This document shows, piece by piece, positions 23,894 through 38,156 of a stretch of 64,000 nucleotides of DNA. The stretch covers positions 358,360,001-358,424,000 of the forward strand of contig OZ024742.1 of NCBI GenBank assembly GCA_964016885.1, written 5' to 3'. Each line of letters opens with the position of its first letter. Within the stretch, counting starts at the first letter, position 1. The notes beneath the pieces were generated by a model. That model had not been told where the DNA came from, made no database searches, and saw only the letters and a program-made list of their open reading frames with translations. Made by a program: the position numbers and the translations under genes. The DNA is from Eledone cirrhosa (lineage: Eukaryota).

Positions 23894-24093
23894 GATAAAT
23901 GATTTAAACAGAACTTTGTTTCATGTAATCTCTATATAACTGCTCTGTAAAACAACTGATGTTGTTACATTGAGCTATTTATCTTACTGGTAATAAGATA
24001 GTAATAAATTACTGTCTTTCACTATTTAGGGTATAATATATATATAACTATAAAAGGTTTTAGTATATACATAACCATAAATAGTATCCTTAA

Positions 24094-24188
<95 letters not shown>

Positions 24189-24207
24189 TATATATATATT
24201 TATATAT

Positions 24208-24238
<31 letters not shown>

Positions 24239-24254
24239 AATATATATATATATT

Positions 24255-24720
24255 CGTAGAGACCTGAAAATCCGCCTCTTCATTGCTGTAGTGGAGTCTG
24301 TGCTGCTGTATGGGTCTGAGACTTGGACACTGACCAAGAGACTCACTCAGATGGTGGATGGGTGCTACACGAGAATGCTGAGGATGGCTCTGAACATTAA
24401 TCAGTATACACTGAGGATGAAAAACTCAGAGCTGTATGGGAGCATCCCAAAAGTCAGCTCAAAAGTGACACAGAGAAGACTGAGGTTGGCTGGACATGCT
24501 CACCGACATCCAGAGTTGACATTGCACTCAGTGCTCCTTTGGGAGCCCCTACATGGACACACTAGAAGAGGAAGACCAAGGTTAACATATGTTGATGCCC
24601 TAAGGACAGACACTGGTCTGTTGGAGATGCAGGATATGGCAGCGATAATGAGGGACAGAGACCGCTGGAGAGAACTCGTCCATGGATCTCGGGAATTTTA
24701 CCCGCCTTAGATAGATAGAT

Positions 24721-24724
<4 letters not shown>
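24255..24724 (+). mobile_element. 3' fragment of a second RTE-group LINE family with (ATAG)n tail
   Basis: [13 protein letters not shown]...RRLRLAGH...RGRPRLTY; the stop codon runs into the tail. Confidence 0.85.
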
Positions 24725-24759
<35 letters not shown>

Positions 24760-24771
24760 TGTGTATGTATA

Positions 24772-25336
24772 TCATCATCATCATCATCATCACCGTTTTA
24801 CGTCCGTTCTTCCACGCTAGCATGGGTTAGACGGGTTGTCCTGTTGTGGGCAGTGTCTGGTCGGCTGACCATGCCTTGCTCATACAGGAACTGATCTGGC
24901 TTGATTTCTACAGCTGGATGCCCTTCCTAACACCAACCTCATTTACAGTGAGTGCTGGGTGCTTTTTCGTGGCGCCTACACGTCCACTTTACAGTGTGGG
25001 CTGGGTGCTTTTTTGCCGTGGCACCTCCACGACCACCTTGCGGTGGGGGGGGGGGGCATATTGTTTATATGCTTCAGCATGTACCCATGGGAGGTCGGGT
25101 ACCCTGTATTACTGCGTGACGCCAGAAGTCACGGTCGTGTGTCATTGACTTTGAGAGGTGTAGTTGGGTAAGGTCGGCTTTTATCACCTCATCCCAAGTC
25201 ATCTTGGGTCTCCCCACTCCGCGGTTTCCATCAACTTCTAGTGCTCTGCACCTTTTTATGCAGCTGTCATCCTTCATACGCATCACATGTCCATACCAGC
25301 GTAACCGCCTCTCCTGCACGCAGCATTTGATTCCTC
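24772..25336 (-). mobile_element. 3' end of the same RTE subfamily as 3428-6180
   Basis: Near-identical to 3428-3971, truncated into (TA)n. Confidence 0.92.
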
Positions 25337-25346
25337 TTATGCTCAG

Positions 25347-25425
<79 letters not shown>

Positions 25426-25739
25426 CGTGTATGTACATATATATATATAGGTATGTATGTATAGACACACATTCACCATACACACTCATACACACACATA
25501 GATACATACATATATATATTCATGAAGAATTTAATTACAGATGTTGGGAGTAGCAACAAATTTCACCAACATTTTCAATTACCTATTCTCTATTGATGTA
25601 GTCATATTTTATTAATATGAAGAATGGAAGAACAGTGTATGTGCATATACATATATATATATATATGTATATATATGTCCCATCCTTGCAAGCAGGGAAG
25701 AGCGGACGTAAAATGGTGATGATGATGATGATACATACA

Positions 25740-25813
<74 letters not shown>

Positions 25814-25833
25814 TGTATATATATATATGTATG

Positions 25834-25869
<36 letters not shown>

Positions 25870-26032
25870 TATATATACATATATATTTGTTTATATATTT
25901 GTTTATGTATACACATACAGACACACACACCACACACGCATACATAAATATATTTGCATCAGATGTTAAAACGGCAATGATGATGGTATTTGTATGCTTA
26001 TAGATTTATCTACACACACACACACACATACA

Positions 26033-26066
<34 letters not shown>

Positions 26067-26200
26067 TGTATATATAGGTCTCTCTCTATATATGAATATA
26101 TATATTCACATGCATATTTGCATGAATGTATGGTGTCTATATATTTATATATATATATATATATATATAGTCAGATAAGGAGAGAGATAGAGAGAGAGAG
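25337..26200. repeat. (TA)n/(CA)n microsatellite complex with a short RTE tail at ~25675-25732
   Basis: Direct reading. Confidence 0.9.
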
Positions 26201-26742
26201 AATGTTTAAAATAGATGCTTGCATTGATGAAAGCCAATTCTATATGGGAATATTTCATTTGATAATACTGACAATATCAATTTTCAGGTCACAAGGTCTT
26301 GAATATTATATTTACCATTTTCTCCAAATTACAAAATCTTAAGAATTCCATAATAGAAGAGTGTAGCAACTTAATAATAGTGTTTTGGTTCTGTAACAGA
26401 CATGGATGACAAAGCTGGCAAGATAATAATTAAAGAGGATCTGAAAATATATAGAATATTTTAATGAAACTTTTGTAAAATATCAAATTATTTCATAGAG
26501 ATATATTGATTATTTGTAATGAATAGATACTTTGTAATATTGCAGTTGTTTAATAGAATATTCTTATAAAACTTTTCCACAAATTGGAATTATAACGATC
26601 TTGTGACCTTTTCCACAAATAGGATTAGTAGTGACTCTTTTTCACTCGTCACCTCTCTAAGAAATACTCTTTCTCTTTCTTCACACATTTTTTTTTTTAA
26701 TTTTACAAAAAAATCAAAATTAAATTCTCCTGAAGTCAATTT

Positions 26743-27030
26743 TCATCATCATCATTGTGTTCCCCTTCCCCCTCCTCCTCCTCCTCCTCCTCCTCCTCCT
26801 CCTCCTCCCCCTCCTCCTCCTCATCATCATCATCATCATCATCATCATCACTGTGTTCCCCTTCCCCCTCCTCCACCCCCCCCTCATCATCATCATCACC
26901 ACCATCAACACCATCATCATTCACCACCATCATCATCATCATCACCCATCATCACCATCATCATCCATCATCATCATCATCATCATCACCATCATCATGC
27001 TCACCTTCATCACCATCATCATCGTCACCA
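26743..27030. repeat. (CCT)n/(CAT)n low-complexity compound repeat
   Basis: Direct reading; tgtgttccccttcccc is duplicated. Confidence 0.9.
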
Positions 27031-27329
27031 TATCATGTCTGCTATCTATCCTAACACGTGTTAGATATGTTGTCCATGTCTATGACAGGTCAGTAAGTCC
27101 ATACGTCTCCTATTTCATGTCGTTTCTACAGCTAGATGCTCTACCTAACACCAACCACCTACAGAGTGCACACGATGCATCGACTTTCAACATTAGCACT
27201 GTTTTCTTACAGAGTGTACAGGATACATTTTATCAAGGTACCACACTGGATTGTGTGTTGTATTCTTCAACAAAACCCTTCATTTCACATTGCTCCCTTA
27301 TACTCAACTGAACATGAGTACCAGTAATA

Positions 27330-28598
27330 GCTGCGATGGACTGCTCTCCTGTCCAGGGGGGAGTCTTGTACTCTGTTGCTTAACACCATGGTTACCAGGA
27401 TAAGCAGCAAGCTGATGAGCCTCTGGGCTTGAGACAGACTTTAACCCTGTGATGGACTGCTGTCCTGTCCAGGGGGGAGTCTTGTACTCTGTTGCTTAAC
27501 ACCATGGTTACCAGGATAAGCAGCAAGCTGATGAGCCTCTGGGCTTGAGACAGACTTTAACCCTGTGATGGACTGCTGTCCTGTCCAGGAGGGAGTCTTG
27601 TACTCTGTTGCTTAACACCATGGTTACCAGGATAAGCAGAAAGCTGATGAGCCTCTGGGCTTGAGACAGACTTTAACCCTGTGATGGACTGGCGTCCTGT
27701 CCAGGGGGAGTCTTGTACTCTGTTGCTTAACACCATGGTTACCAGGATAAGCAGCAAGCTGATGAGCCTCTGGGCTTGAGACAGACTTTAACCCTGCGAT
27801 GGACTGCTGTCCTGTCCAGGGGGAGTCTTGTACTCTGTTGCTTAACACCATTGTTACCAGGATAAGCAGCAAGCTGATGAGCCTCTGGGCTTGAGACAGA
27901 CTTTAACCCTATGATGGACTGCTGTCCTGTCCGGGAGGGAGTCTTGTACTCTGTTGCTTAACACCATGTTTACCAGGATAAGCAGCAAGCTGATGAGCCT
28001 CTAGGCTTGAGACAGACTTTAACCCTGTGATGGACTGCTGTCCTGTCCAGGAGGGAGTCTTGTACTCTGTTGCTTAACACCATGGTTACCAGGATAAGCA
28101 GCAAGCTGATGAGCCTCTAGGCTTGAGACAGACTTTAACCCTGTGATGGACTGCTGTCCTGTCCAGGGGGAAGTCTTGTACTCTGTTGCTTAACACCATG
28201 GATACCAGGATAAGCAGCAAGCTGATGAGCCTCTAGGCTTGAGACAGACTTTAACCCTGTGATGGACCGCTGTCCTGTCCAGGGGGAAGTCTTGTACTCT
28301 GTTGCTTAACCCTTTAACATTTACATTACTCGATACATACTATTGTATTTTCGTGGTAAACACTTCATCTGGCATAATTATCTCACACAATATCGAATCT
28401 ATGAGACTTTGATATCTATTTTGAGAACAATACCTTAATATAAGTATGAGCAGCTGATTATGGCCAGCTTGAACAGAAAGAGGTGATAGCATCCTGGCCA
28501 GGTATGGCCAGTTTAAATGCTAAAGGTTTAACACCATGGAAACCAGGATAAGCAATAGCTTGCTGAGCCTCCAGGCTCGATGCAGACTTTAGACTTTT
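27330..28598 (+). repeat. Tandem array of nine 115-116-bp units resembling a SINE 3' domain; ninth unit split by a MITE
   Basis: gatggac at 27335, 27451, 27567, 27683, 27798, 27913, 28029, 28145 and 28261. Confidence 0.93.
28310..28527. mobile_element. piggyBac-like MITE (~220 bp) with TTAA target duplication
   Basis: Ends ccctttaacattta / taaatgctaaaggt; TTAA at 28306 and 28528; the other array units have a single TTAA at this site. Confidence 0.85.
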
Positions 28599-29019
28599 TT
28601 TAAATGACCTAAAGAGGTTGCTGTATGATCAATCAGACCGAATACTTTCCTCTACCCTATGTTGTCTCTGATTGCCAATCACATGGCTATGTACTGTGTT
28701 TAATTCAATGGTTGATAAATACATACATTAAGGAGATCCAGTTTATCTTGACATATTGTTACATAACTGTAAGAATGGTGAAATGATTAATGTGTTTGCT
28801 CCGTAAATATGAGATCCCTGCTTTACTGCCACACTTGTGAAGGAAATAAGGTTGACAGAAGCTGTGTAGAAGCCTGTCAAGTCAATTGCATTTGTAGTTC
28901 AGAAACTGCTGAACTGAACAATCTCCACTCTGTCTCAATATCCTCAGTTAGCTCAGGGAGTTATCTGAATTTGGATGCAATAGTATCTGCATACCTGGTC
29001 CTGATTTCCTTATTCAGAT

Positions 29020-29280
29020 ATCACAGCTCCAATACTATGGACATGGGGTTAGAATATCTCAGGAAAGGATCACTGGACAGATTTTATGGGCAAAAGACCC
29101 AGGGGTAGAGCCCCCAAAAAGGCGGTTGGATCACATCTACGATCCAGCCAGATCAGTTGGAAATGGTTGCTTCTTACAGAACTCACTAGAAGGAATGTTT
29201 GAGGACTCTCCCCCAAGACCTTCTCAGGAATAAGTGGGCAAAGAAGAAGAAATAAAGAAATAATAAAGAAATAAAGAAAT
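29020..29280 (+). mobile_element. 3' fragment of an RTE-like family with (GAA)n tail
   Basis: Similar to 54740-54960, 58640-58880 and 9180-9420. Confidence 0.65.
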
Positions 29281-30295
29281 CATTATTTCCAAAGGTTAAA
29301 ATACCTAATTAGTTATATGGTCAGGTGATAGTGTTACTGCTGTTGTTGATGGATGAACTGAATTCGTCCTGATGGAGCAAGGTAATGATTAAAGGCTTTC
29401 TAACAATGGTTACATCATCATCATCATTTAATATCTATTTTACCTACTAATAAGTATTGGCCAGGTCGTTACCAAACCAAGTCAGTACTCAAAGGGATCT
29501 AATGATATCTCAAATGGATCTAAGGGCTTATCTACTTACTTTCCTACACTCCACCAAGTTCTTGGGTGAATATCACTATCCAATATATTCCATTGCGACA
29601 GTAGAGAGTTAAGTGAGTGATTTTTAACTGCTATGTCTAGTATATTGAGTGAAGCCATAAAGATTCTTTTGATTCCTTCTTTCTTGTAATATTTCTGATG
29701 GTGCTCTATGCTATAACTTTCTTTGGGAACATCATCAAATCCCTCATATTTAGTGAATAGAAGACTTTTAATTCTATGGTCTAGTGGGATTAATCTAAAT
29801 TTATTTCAATAGCCACAAGATACATTCAATATGAATGTTGCAATGATAGGAACACAGTTCTGCTATTTATACAAAACTTGATACTATGCTACATTGAATC
29901 ATTTGGATATCTTACATAAGATAATGGTTGCAGACAATTCATTATTTCTTTCTTCAAATTACTATTCTTCGCTCTCTCAATTTAATTTAAATGATTCTGA
30001 AATCTGTCAAGTGAATTTCTTCTGTGTATATGTGTGTCTGAGTGTGTAGGGGAAAGGGGGGATACAAGTGTATGGATAAATGTGATGTAATTGCTGAAGA
30101 TAACATGTTTTATATAACTTTTGAAGCAAGGCATTACTTTTCTTTCACACATTTTCATTTAGAGAAAACATAGCGAATGAAGGATAAAAATGATATTCTA
30201 CATTCTATTTTTCTAAGTAAATGTTTGGACTGACTTCAAGTTATAAGTGTTTAACTGAAGAAAAATGAAACTTTATACAGAGTGTGATCTAATTA

Positions 30296-31256
30296 ATATG
30301 CAGATGACAATGAGCTGTACCTTGAAATCAAAAGGACAGATCCTGAAATCTATAACTCTTTCCTACAATCAGACCTGGACACAATGCAGCAATGGATCAC
30401 AGACTGGCAACTGAAGCTGGCTGTGGACAAGTGTACCACCATGCATTTTGGGAGGAAAAATCCAGCGTCCACATACTCCCTCCACAACACTGATATCAAG
30501 AAGTCTTCTTGTGAACGTTCACCTGCATTACTGTCAGCAGCGATTTGCATTGGACAAAGCACATCTCTAAAATTGTCAAGAAGGCCGAGGGTGTCTTGGC
30601 ATCACTCAGCAAGACCTTTGTTAGCCGCTCTCCAGCCATCTATTTAAAGCTGTATACAGTTATGGTATGACCACACTTGGAATTCACATCATCAGTCTGG
30701 AACCCCTTTCTTGCTCAGAACATTGACCTCCTGGAAACTGTTCAGAGACGTGCAACAAAGCGCATACCCTCTGTCAGACACCTACCATATTCTGAACGCC
30801 TTGCTTCCCTGGGCATCGATTCATTGAAGCTCTGACTTCTGCCAATGGATTTGGTAAACACCCACAAAGTTATTAACCATCTCGCCAACAACAACCCTGA
30901 GCACCTTTTTGATCTCCATGTGTCTAACACACGTGGACATGCCTACAAAGTCAGAAAACAGCACAGCTCCCATGATTTTCGGAAACATTTTTTCATGCTT
31001 AGAGTTGCTGAAGCATGGAACAAACTGCCTGCGTCAGTTGTTAGCTGCCTAGACACTGCATCCTTTAAAACCTTCATGCTTCCCGAAATTCGCCAAAACT
31101 ACACCTGATGTCCCCCTTCCATACACATGTGTATATCATGACTCATGCACTGTTCATTTTCCTGGCGTTTGTACATTACCCTATGTACTATACATACACT
31201 TTTGATGAGTTGTAGTGCACCTGAGCACTGTACACAATATTTTCATTATTATTATT
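30296..31256 (+). mobile_element. 5'-truncated CR1-clade LINE
   Basis: YADD at 30296, LQSDLD..QQW...WQL.L...KC, RGHAYKV...FRKHFF.LRV..AWNKLP; (att)n tail. Confidence 0.88.
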
Positions 31257-31665
31257 TTAAAGATATGTAATTACTGCAATGTTTGCCTCTGAAAGGAACC
31301 AAATATATTATATAGACAGATCTGCCTTTCTTTAACCCTTATCTCCTTTTTCATTATTTATATAATTATTTATGTAAACTTAATAGATAATTTAAATAAA
31401 CCTTTTTTTAAATGAAAATTAAATATTAGATTGAACTTTGAAATGTTGAGAAGAAATTAGGGTAAAAGTGGGTTAGCAAAAATATATATTTTAATTTCAT
31501 GTAAAGAGCATGTAGTTGTCATATCTTAGACCAAGGTGAATCTTCATTGCTTTGTTTATTATATGAATAAATTGCGATTTTAAGGAAATGTGTTCCTGCT
31601 ATAACTACACTGTCATGTTTATTATGATGATAAATTGGTATTTAAGTTGAAATGTTGGGTATGAA

Positions 31666-31937
31666 CAGGGCCAGATTTAATGAGAGACAAAGGAGGCAAT
31701 TTCCCTGGGCACCCTGCAGCAAGGGGCCTCACCAGTGATTTCTGTAGCAATTTATTTGTGCCTCAGATGGGATTTTTAATTTTAGAAAGGTTAGAATTTT
31801 TTAAATTTAATACCGGTGTGTATAACTTTTCAATTACAATCACTTGCGCCAAGTTAACATATGTAAAATTGGGTGTTTGCGGTGTATTCTAATATTTTGT
31901 GTATGAAGGGCCCCACCAAGGTCTAAATCAAACCCTG
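31666..31937. mobile_element. hAT-like MITE
   Basis: Imperfect TIRs cagggccagattta / taaatcaaaccctg; 8-bp TSD ggtatgaa / ggtataaa; related copies near 41410-41625 and 55910-56095. Confidence 0.7.
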
Positions 31938-32487
31938 GGTATAAATCCAATGTGACATAGGAAATATGCCAAACTGCATTAGGTTAACATGAATTTTTGT
32001 TTGGTATATTAAGAGATCTGCAAAACTGTTTCAGCTCATCACCGTTGGAGCTGTCTTGTTTAACATATTCACAACTTCGTCTGCTGAGACAATAAGGCAA
32101 CAATGATCTAATATTTTGCTAAGATGATGAAATATAGTGATGTATATAACTTAAAACATACATTAGTGTCTCCAATTTATCATAATTTTGTAAACACAAA
32201 ATATATGATACATAATATATATGATACATAAGCAGAAATTTCTAGAACACAATGAATCGGAATAGAAAAAAAAATAGCCTGTTGGATATATAAATTCTGA
32301 GAATAATTTGTTTAAGTCTTGTTGTGGCAGTCTATTCTTAAAGTTGTTTTATTTATGAGCTGTATCAGGTTCTGGCTGTAAACAAATATATATTTTGAAT
32401 TTATATCCTAAAGAAGTAAAAACTAACTCACATAATATCAAGAATGATAGCTTTCAATATTTAAAACTAGACTTAAAGAGAGAAAAA

Positions 32488-32870
32488 CACATGTCTAACA
32501 CATGTGGACATGCTTACATATGTCTAACACATGTGACATGCCTACAAAGTCAGAAAACAGTACACCTCCCAAGACTTTTGAAAACATTTTTTCCTGCTCA
32601 GAGTTGCTGAAACATGGAACAAACTACCTGCATTGGTTGTTAGCTGTCGAGACACTGCATCCTTTAAAAGCTCCATGTAACAAACTACCTGCATTGGTTG
32701 TTAGCTGTTGAGACACTGCATCCTTTAAAACCTCCATGCTTCCCGAAATTCACCAACACTACACCTGATATCCCCCCTCCATACACATGCACACATATGT
32801 GTGTGTCTGTGTGTATCATGACACATACACTGTTCATGTTCCTGACATTTGTACATTTTTCTATGTACTT
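32488..32870 (+). mobile_element. CR1 3' fragment with two short local duplications
   Basis: Matches 30917-31180; catgtctaacacatgt and aacaaactacctgcattgg are each duplicated. Confidence 0.8.
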
Positions 32871-35800
32871 GGCAGGAGGGTCTGAGTTCAAATCCCGCCA
32901 AGGTTAACTTTGCCTTTCATCCTTACGGGGTCGATAAAATAAAGTACCAGAAATGTACTGGGTAATTGCTGGCCTTGTGCCAAAAGTAGAAATAATTATA
33001 TATATATTATAAACATTGTTGAACCATGCTTATATCAAGTACAGGAAAGAATAACAATTCCAAATCTAAAGTAAAAACAAGGCCACCCCTTAAACCTTAA
33101 TGTACAGATACATTTCAATAAGATTAGATATAGGCAGTGTGGGGAAGAAGAGTTTGATCGTTAGCAGACATTGTCCCAACATGTTTCAGTCTTAGACTTT
33201 ACAAGTAAAACATGACGATTTATGTAGGTGCTAGATCGAGAGAGAGTGAGATGAATAATTTATAGATATGACCGCTGGGTGAAGAAGGGCCAAGAAATGC
33301 CATTAGAAGGAAGTTACAGTAGAGGAAGACCACAAAAAACATGGGTGGAGGTGGTGAGAGCAGACCTCAGATCGATGAAGCTCTCAGAGGAGATGACGAA
33401 GGATTGTGATAAGTGGAGAGATGCTGTGCTGAATAGGATACATCCCACTCTTGCAACCAGGGAAAAGCGGACATAAAATGATGATGATGAAAAGTATTGT
33501 ACATATCATTGCATGTAAAACTACATAAGTCCTGAGTTAAATATAATTGTACTTTCATGTATCATCGGTTTATGTTATACTACAATTAGAGACTTCTAAT
33601 TATAAATGGTTTATGTTTAGTCACACATATATTGTCAATAATTAGATATTGTTTGAAAGTAGATTTTTACCAAGATTTTTACAAGAAGAATAATGACTGC
33701 AAAGTTGAAATATGAGCTCTTGAGCAAATCAGCATAAATTAAAGCATTACTAGTTGTTGGTTATTTAGGGTTCCATGGTAATATAAATATCCAGTTTTAA
33801 AAACATTCGCTAAAATTTGACCCTTCAGTTGTGTTAAAGATACTTCTTTACTGTTGTGGATCTACATGGAAATGTACCAAGTAAATGCTGTAAAGCAGTT
33901 GCTGATACCTACCCAGTCATAGAAAGCTTGCCAAACAATATGTTGGGAGGACACTTTAGTTGTTTCAAGGACATGACTGCCTTCCAAGTGTTGGTGATCT
34001 ACACAATAAAAACACTCAGTTCACACTGTGAAGCAGGTTGGTGATAAGAAAGGCATCCAGCCTTAGAAAACTTGCCAAACAAAGGGTTGGGAGGACCCTT
34101 CAGTTTGTGTCAAAAGACAACAATTCTTGTGCACATGATAGAACCTGTGACCATACATATGTTAAATGCAGTCTCCTTAACCTGTCTGGAAAGTCAGTCA
34201 CACCACATCTATATTGTACTGGTCTATGTAGACCCTTCCTAGCAGGAAGGAGGACATTAAATGATGATGATGGATTATTTTCAACCATGCTACTTACAAT
34301 AAAGAATAACAATAATTGGATAACTGGAAAACATTTAGATGTTTTGCTATTCTCACTACAATTCCTACTCATAAAATCTCACATTTGAGACCAGTACATA
34401 TTTATTTTAAATATTGCACCCTGTAAGTATGGCTAGCATTAGGAAGAACATCCAGTACCAAAAACCAAACCAGAAATGGTTCTGTGTGATCAAGACATGG
34501 TCATCTGATCTGACTTGTCTCACACTGAGACAACCCATCTAAATCATGCAAACATAAAAAATGAACATTAAATGGTGATGATGATGATGATGATGATGTT
34601 GACAATTCCATTGCTGAAATATGCCATAATTCAGAGTAATTTCTGTTTGTCAAATTACAAAACATGTTTTACAAAAGAAATTAACATGACAACTTTAATT
34701 ATCTCAAGGATGACAAGAATCTAATTCAGAAAGGTTTAGTTCTGAAAAACACTTTACAATGTAAACCCAGTTTTGTTCTATTTATTACAGCAGTAAAAAA
34801 CAAAATAGATCTGAACGGTTTTTCTTTTGGAGAATATATTTAACTTTCAGCTCACAAACATAATTGATTTTTGTAGGCATTTCCCATTTTCAAATGTTTT
34901 TCTTTGCGACTAAACTACAATTTATTGGTTTACTAATATGTTTCACTAACTTGACATATGCTGTGTTCTGTCTAAACATATTGCTGATGTGAGATTTAAT
35001 CACAACACAATGAAAATATCTTTCCACAGTTACCTATCGATACTGATAAACTCTTAAGTGCTTCTGTAGTTTAAAGCAAAGAAAGCAATTCCTTATAGTT
35101 ATTTCATTTTCAACTCCTCAGTGCAACACAGTCACAACTTCAAATGTAAATATAAAACATGATAAAAATATATAAATATTAGTTATGAAAATGTCTCAAT
35201 GCTTAAGTGGGGACTACAAGAAAATATTTGATGCAGAAATGCATTTGGGAAATGGTTTCTATTTATATAGTTATATATAAATATATATCTGAAAAAAAAA
35301 ACATTTTTGTTTGGCAGCATGACAAGTACATAAAACATACCAACACCATGATCACCAACAACCAGCATCATGATCACCATCATCTTTATCATTATTATTA
35401 TTACTAATACTATTAAGGTGTCCACAGTTTTGGTTGGTTGGCTACACATATCACGCTTGTAATTTGCCTAGTCAACCTAAATAAGTGGCATAGACAGCCC
35501 CAGTTATTGGAAGCTGTATTGTTAGCAGCACACAAAACCTACAACAACTGGATTAGTGGAGCTAGTTAAACAAGAGTTAATGGTGCGATTATGAACAACA
35601 TGTGGAGGCATATGTTTCTGAGAATTTTAAGAGGAGAATCAATAGTGGTTATGGTATCAATAGAAAAAACTCAGAAAGGTTAGGACAGCTAATTAGAAAA
35701 GTCACCATGACAAATGTGTGGAATACATTACCATACCGTTAGCTTCCATCTTTTCACCATCAAAAGGAATGGTTCCTGTTTGCCAGAATTGCCTGACAAA

Positions 35801-36245
35801 GCTGTATGTTTTGTGCTCCATGTATGAGATTTATAGAAACCTTCTGATGCATTTGTGCTTGAATGACTGGATTCTTCATTATATGTCATCTGTGGAGCCC
35901 AAATCTCACACCCATACAAAAGGATCAAAGTCACCAAGAACTTTAGTAATCTATGCTAAAGATATATGATTTATGGCATATGTTTGTGAATTTACGTCAT
36001 AGGTAGCTCATATACTTATAAGAATACAGGATAAAAGACCTAAATCTTAAGATGAGCAGGCCCCTTCAAAACCCATAAGCCCAAACTAACAGCCCTTCCC
36101 CTTTTGATCTGTTCTGGTTACAATCTGGCAATATACTGTCTTATAACTATTTAGGGAGTTCTTGTACATGTTAACTATTCGAGTATATTATCGATCCTAG
36201 GTAATCATTTTAATAGGTTGATACCCCCCCCCCCACACACATATG

Positions 36246-36282
<37 letters not shown>

Positions 36283-36460
36283 ATTTAAAAGGGTCAAGGT
36301 GCTGTGTGGTTACTAATAAAGAGTATATATATATCATAAGCTTATGCTAACTGATCTGCAGTGTTTACAACTTGCAAATATGAGGCTTCATTAAATGTTT
36401 AATTATTTAAGTAATCCTTGTATATTTTAACAACTATCTAAGATAATAAATTTAATAGAG

Positions 36461-36500
<40 letters not shown>

Positions 36501-37445
36501 TATATATATAGTGAGAGAGAGAGAGAGCTCAAAGCTCCATAGATTAGTTATAAACTCCTGTTGAGCTGAAACCTATAAATTTGCAAATTTATTTTCATAT
36601 ATACCATTAATGGCTCACATTTTTATTATCTTGCTATCATCCTATAGCATTTATGGATTAAGACAAATATTGTTGCAATTTAAAGACACAAAAATACCAA
36701 GTAATATAATTATTTCTATTTTGGGCACAAGGCCAGCAATTACCCAGTACATTACTGGTACTTTATTTTATCGACCTCGTAAGAATGAAAGACAAAGTTA
36801 ACCTCGGCGGGATTTGAACTCAGATGATAAAGGGACGTAACTCTATGCTTCAAAGTATGGTGTCCGACTCTTAATGAAGAGCTGCAAGGAAAGCAGGTGT
36901 ACATAGCATCTATTACATACAAAGCAACATCTACACCTTCACTTGTTTTGCTAGAAGTAGCAACCAAACTGCCTTCAAACCATACCATATTGGTTAATGT
37001 AGTCCTAGTTACAATACATATACAAGATACAAGATAGATATTGTTGCATAGATGAAATGCATTTGACCATATGTCTACTGTGTTGTGGTTGACTTGGGGT
37101 TAAACACTACTAACATGCAGATAAAAGAATTCTACTTGATACTGAATCACATACTATGACAGAGGGCTGGACTAAGTTCTTTGAAGACCCTATGCACTAA
37201 ACAGATTATGGTGCCCTCCTTCCTCATGTATCAAATTTACAATTTTGTTATGCCAAATGCATTTAATTTGAATAAAATGCTGTCCCTCTTCTGTGTTTAT
37301 GTTGCTTAGTAGTTAATACAGCTCTGTGTTAAAGAACTTCCAGTTATTACTACACACCTATATTAAGCCATGCTTCATATTACCTATACTATTATCACAA
37401 TAATATTTGTACTTCTGAACCTGTCATTTCTATAAGGTCTTATTA

Positions 37446-38156
37446 ACCCTTCAGTATTTAAACTGGCTGCATCTGACCAGAATTCTCTCCTCTTTTCATC
37501 AAAATCTCATAGATTCAAGATTATGTGAGATGAAGCCTTTATCACGAATATACAATAGTAAATATAGAGTATTCATCATCCTCATCATCATCATTTTACG
37601 TCCACTCTTCCCTGCTTGCAAGGGTGGGACGGGTCTTATTCAGCACAGCATCTCTCCACTTGTCACGGTCCTTCGTCATGTCTACCATGAACTTCAGCGA
37701 TCTGAGGTCTGCTATCACCACCTCCGCCTATGTTTTTCGTGGCACTTCTTTACCCAGCGGTCATCCTCCGTGCGCATCACATGTCCATACCACCTCAGTC
37801 TCCACTCCCGTACACTACATTCTATCCCTCTCAGACACAGTTTCTCTCTCAACACATTCATGCTGGGTCGTTCATGCACATTTACACTGCACATCCAACG
37901 GAGCATGCTTGCCTCATTTCTCTCCAGCTGTCGCATATCCTCTGCAGTTGCTGCCCATGTCTCACTACCATGCAACATCGCGCTCCTCACACAGGCATCA
38001 TATAACCGGCCTTTCGTACGCAGGGAGAAACACTTCTTCGTCAGCAGAAGAAGCAGCTCCCTAAGCTTCTTCCAACCCGTCCTTATTCTAGATACTATGG
38101 CCTCGGAACACCCACCTCCCATGCTAATCTGATCTCCTATTGTAAACGCTAAAGGG
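37446..38156. mobile_element. piggyBac-like MITE interrupted by an RTE 3' fragment (37574-38138, minus strand)
   Basis: MITE left part 37446-37573, right end gtaaacgctaaaggg-ttaa after the RTE piece; ORF 37715-38122 is an RTE C-terminus. Confidence 0.8.

Larger units (their letters stand above)
19555..23933 (+). mobile_element. Penelope-like retroelement: 5'-truncated RT + GIY-YIG, flanked by ~1.41-kb inverted arms
   Basis: 19555-20968 is the reverse complement of 22517-23933; coding remnant between the arms; hammerhead motif near the outer ends. Confidence 0.92.

Noticed and set aside
25583-27311. Many YIYI, poly-His and poly-Pro ORFs
   Set aside because: Translations of microsatellites.
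27406-27445. CTGATGA followed by a gcc/ggc hairpin in each 116-bp unit, suggesting a hammerhead satellite or CRISPR-like array
   Set aside because: No GAAA after stem II (ttGAGAC) and no stem I/III closure; units have no unique spacers and there are no cas genes.
33172-33215. Minus-strand gtctaagac-t-GAAA-catg-TT half-hammerhead
   Set aside because: No CUGANGA and no stem I partner.
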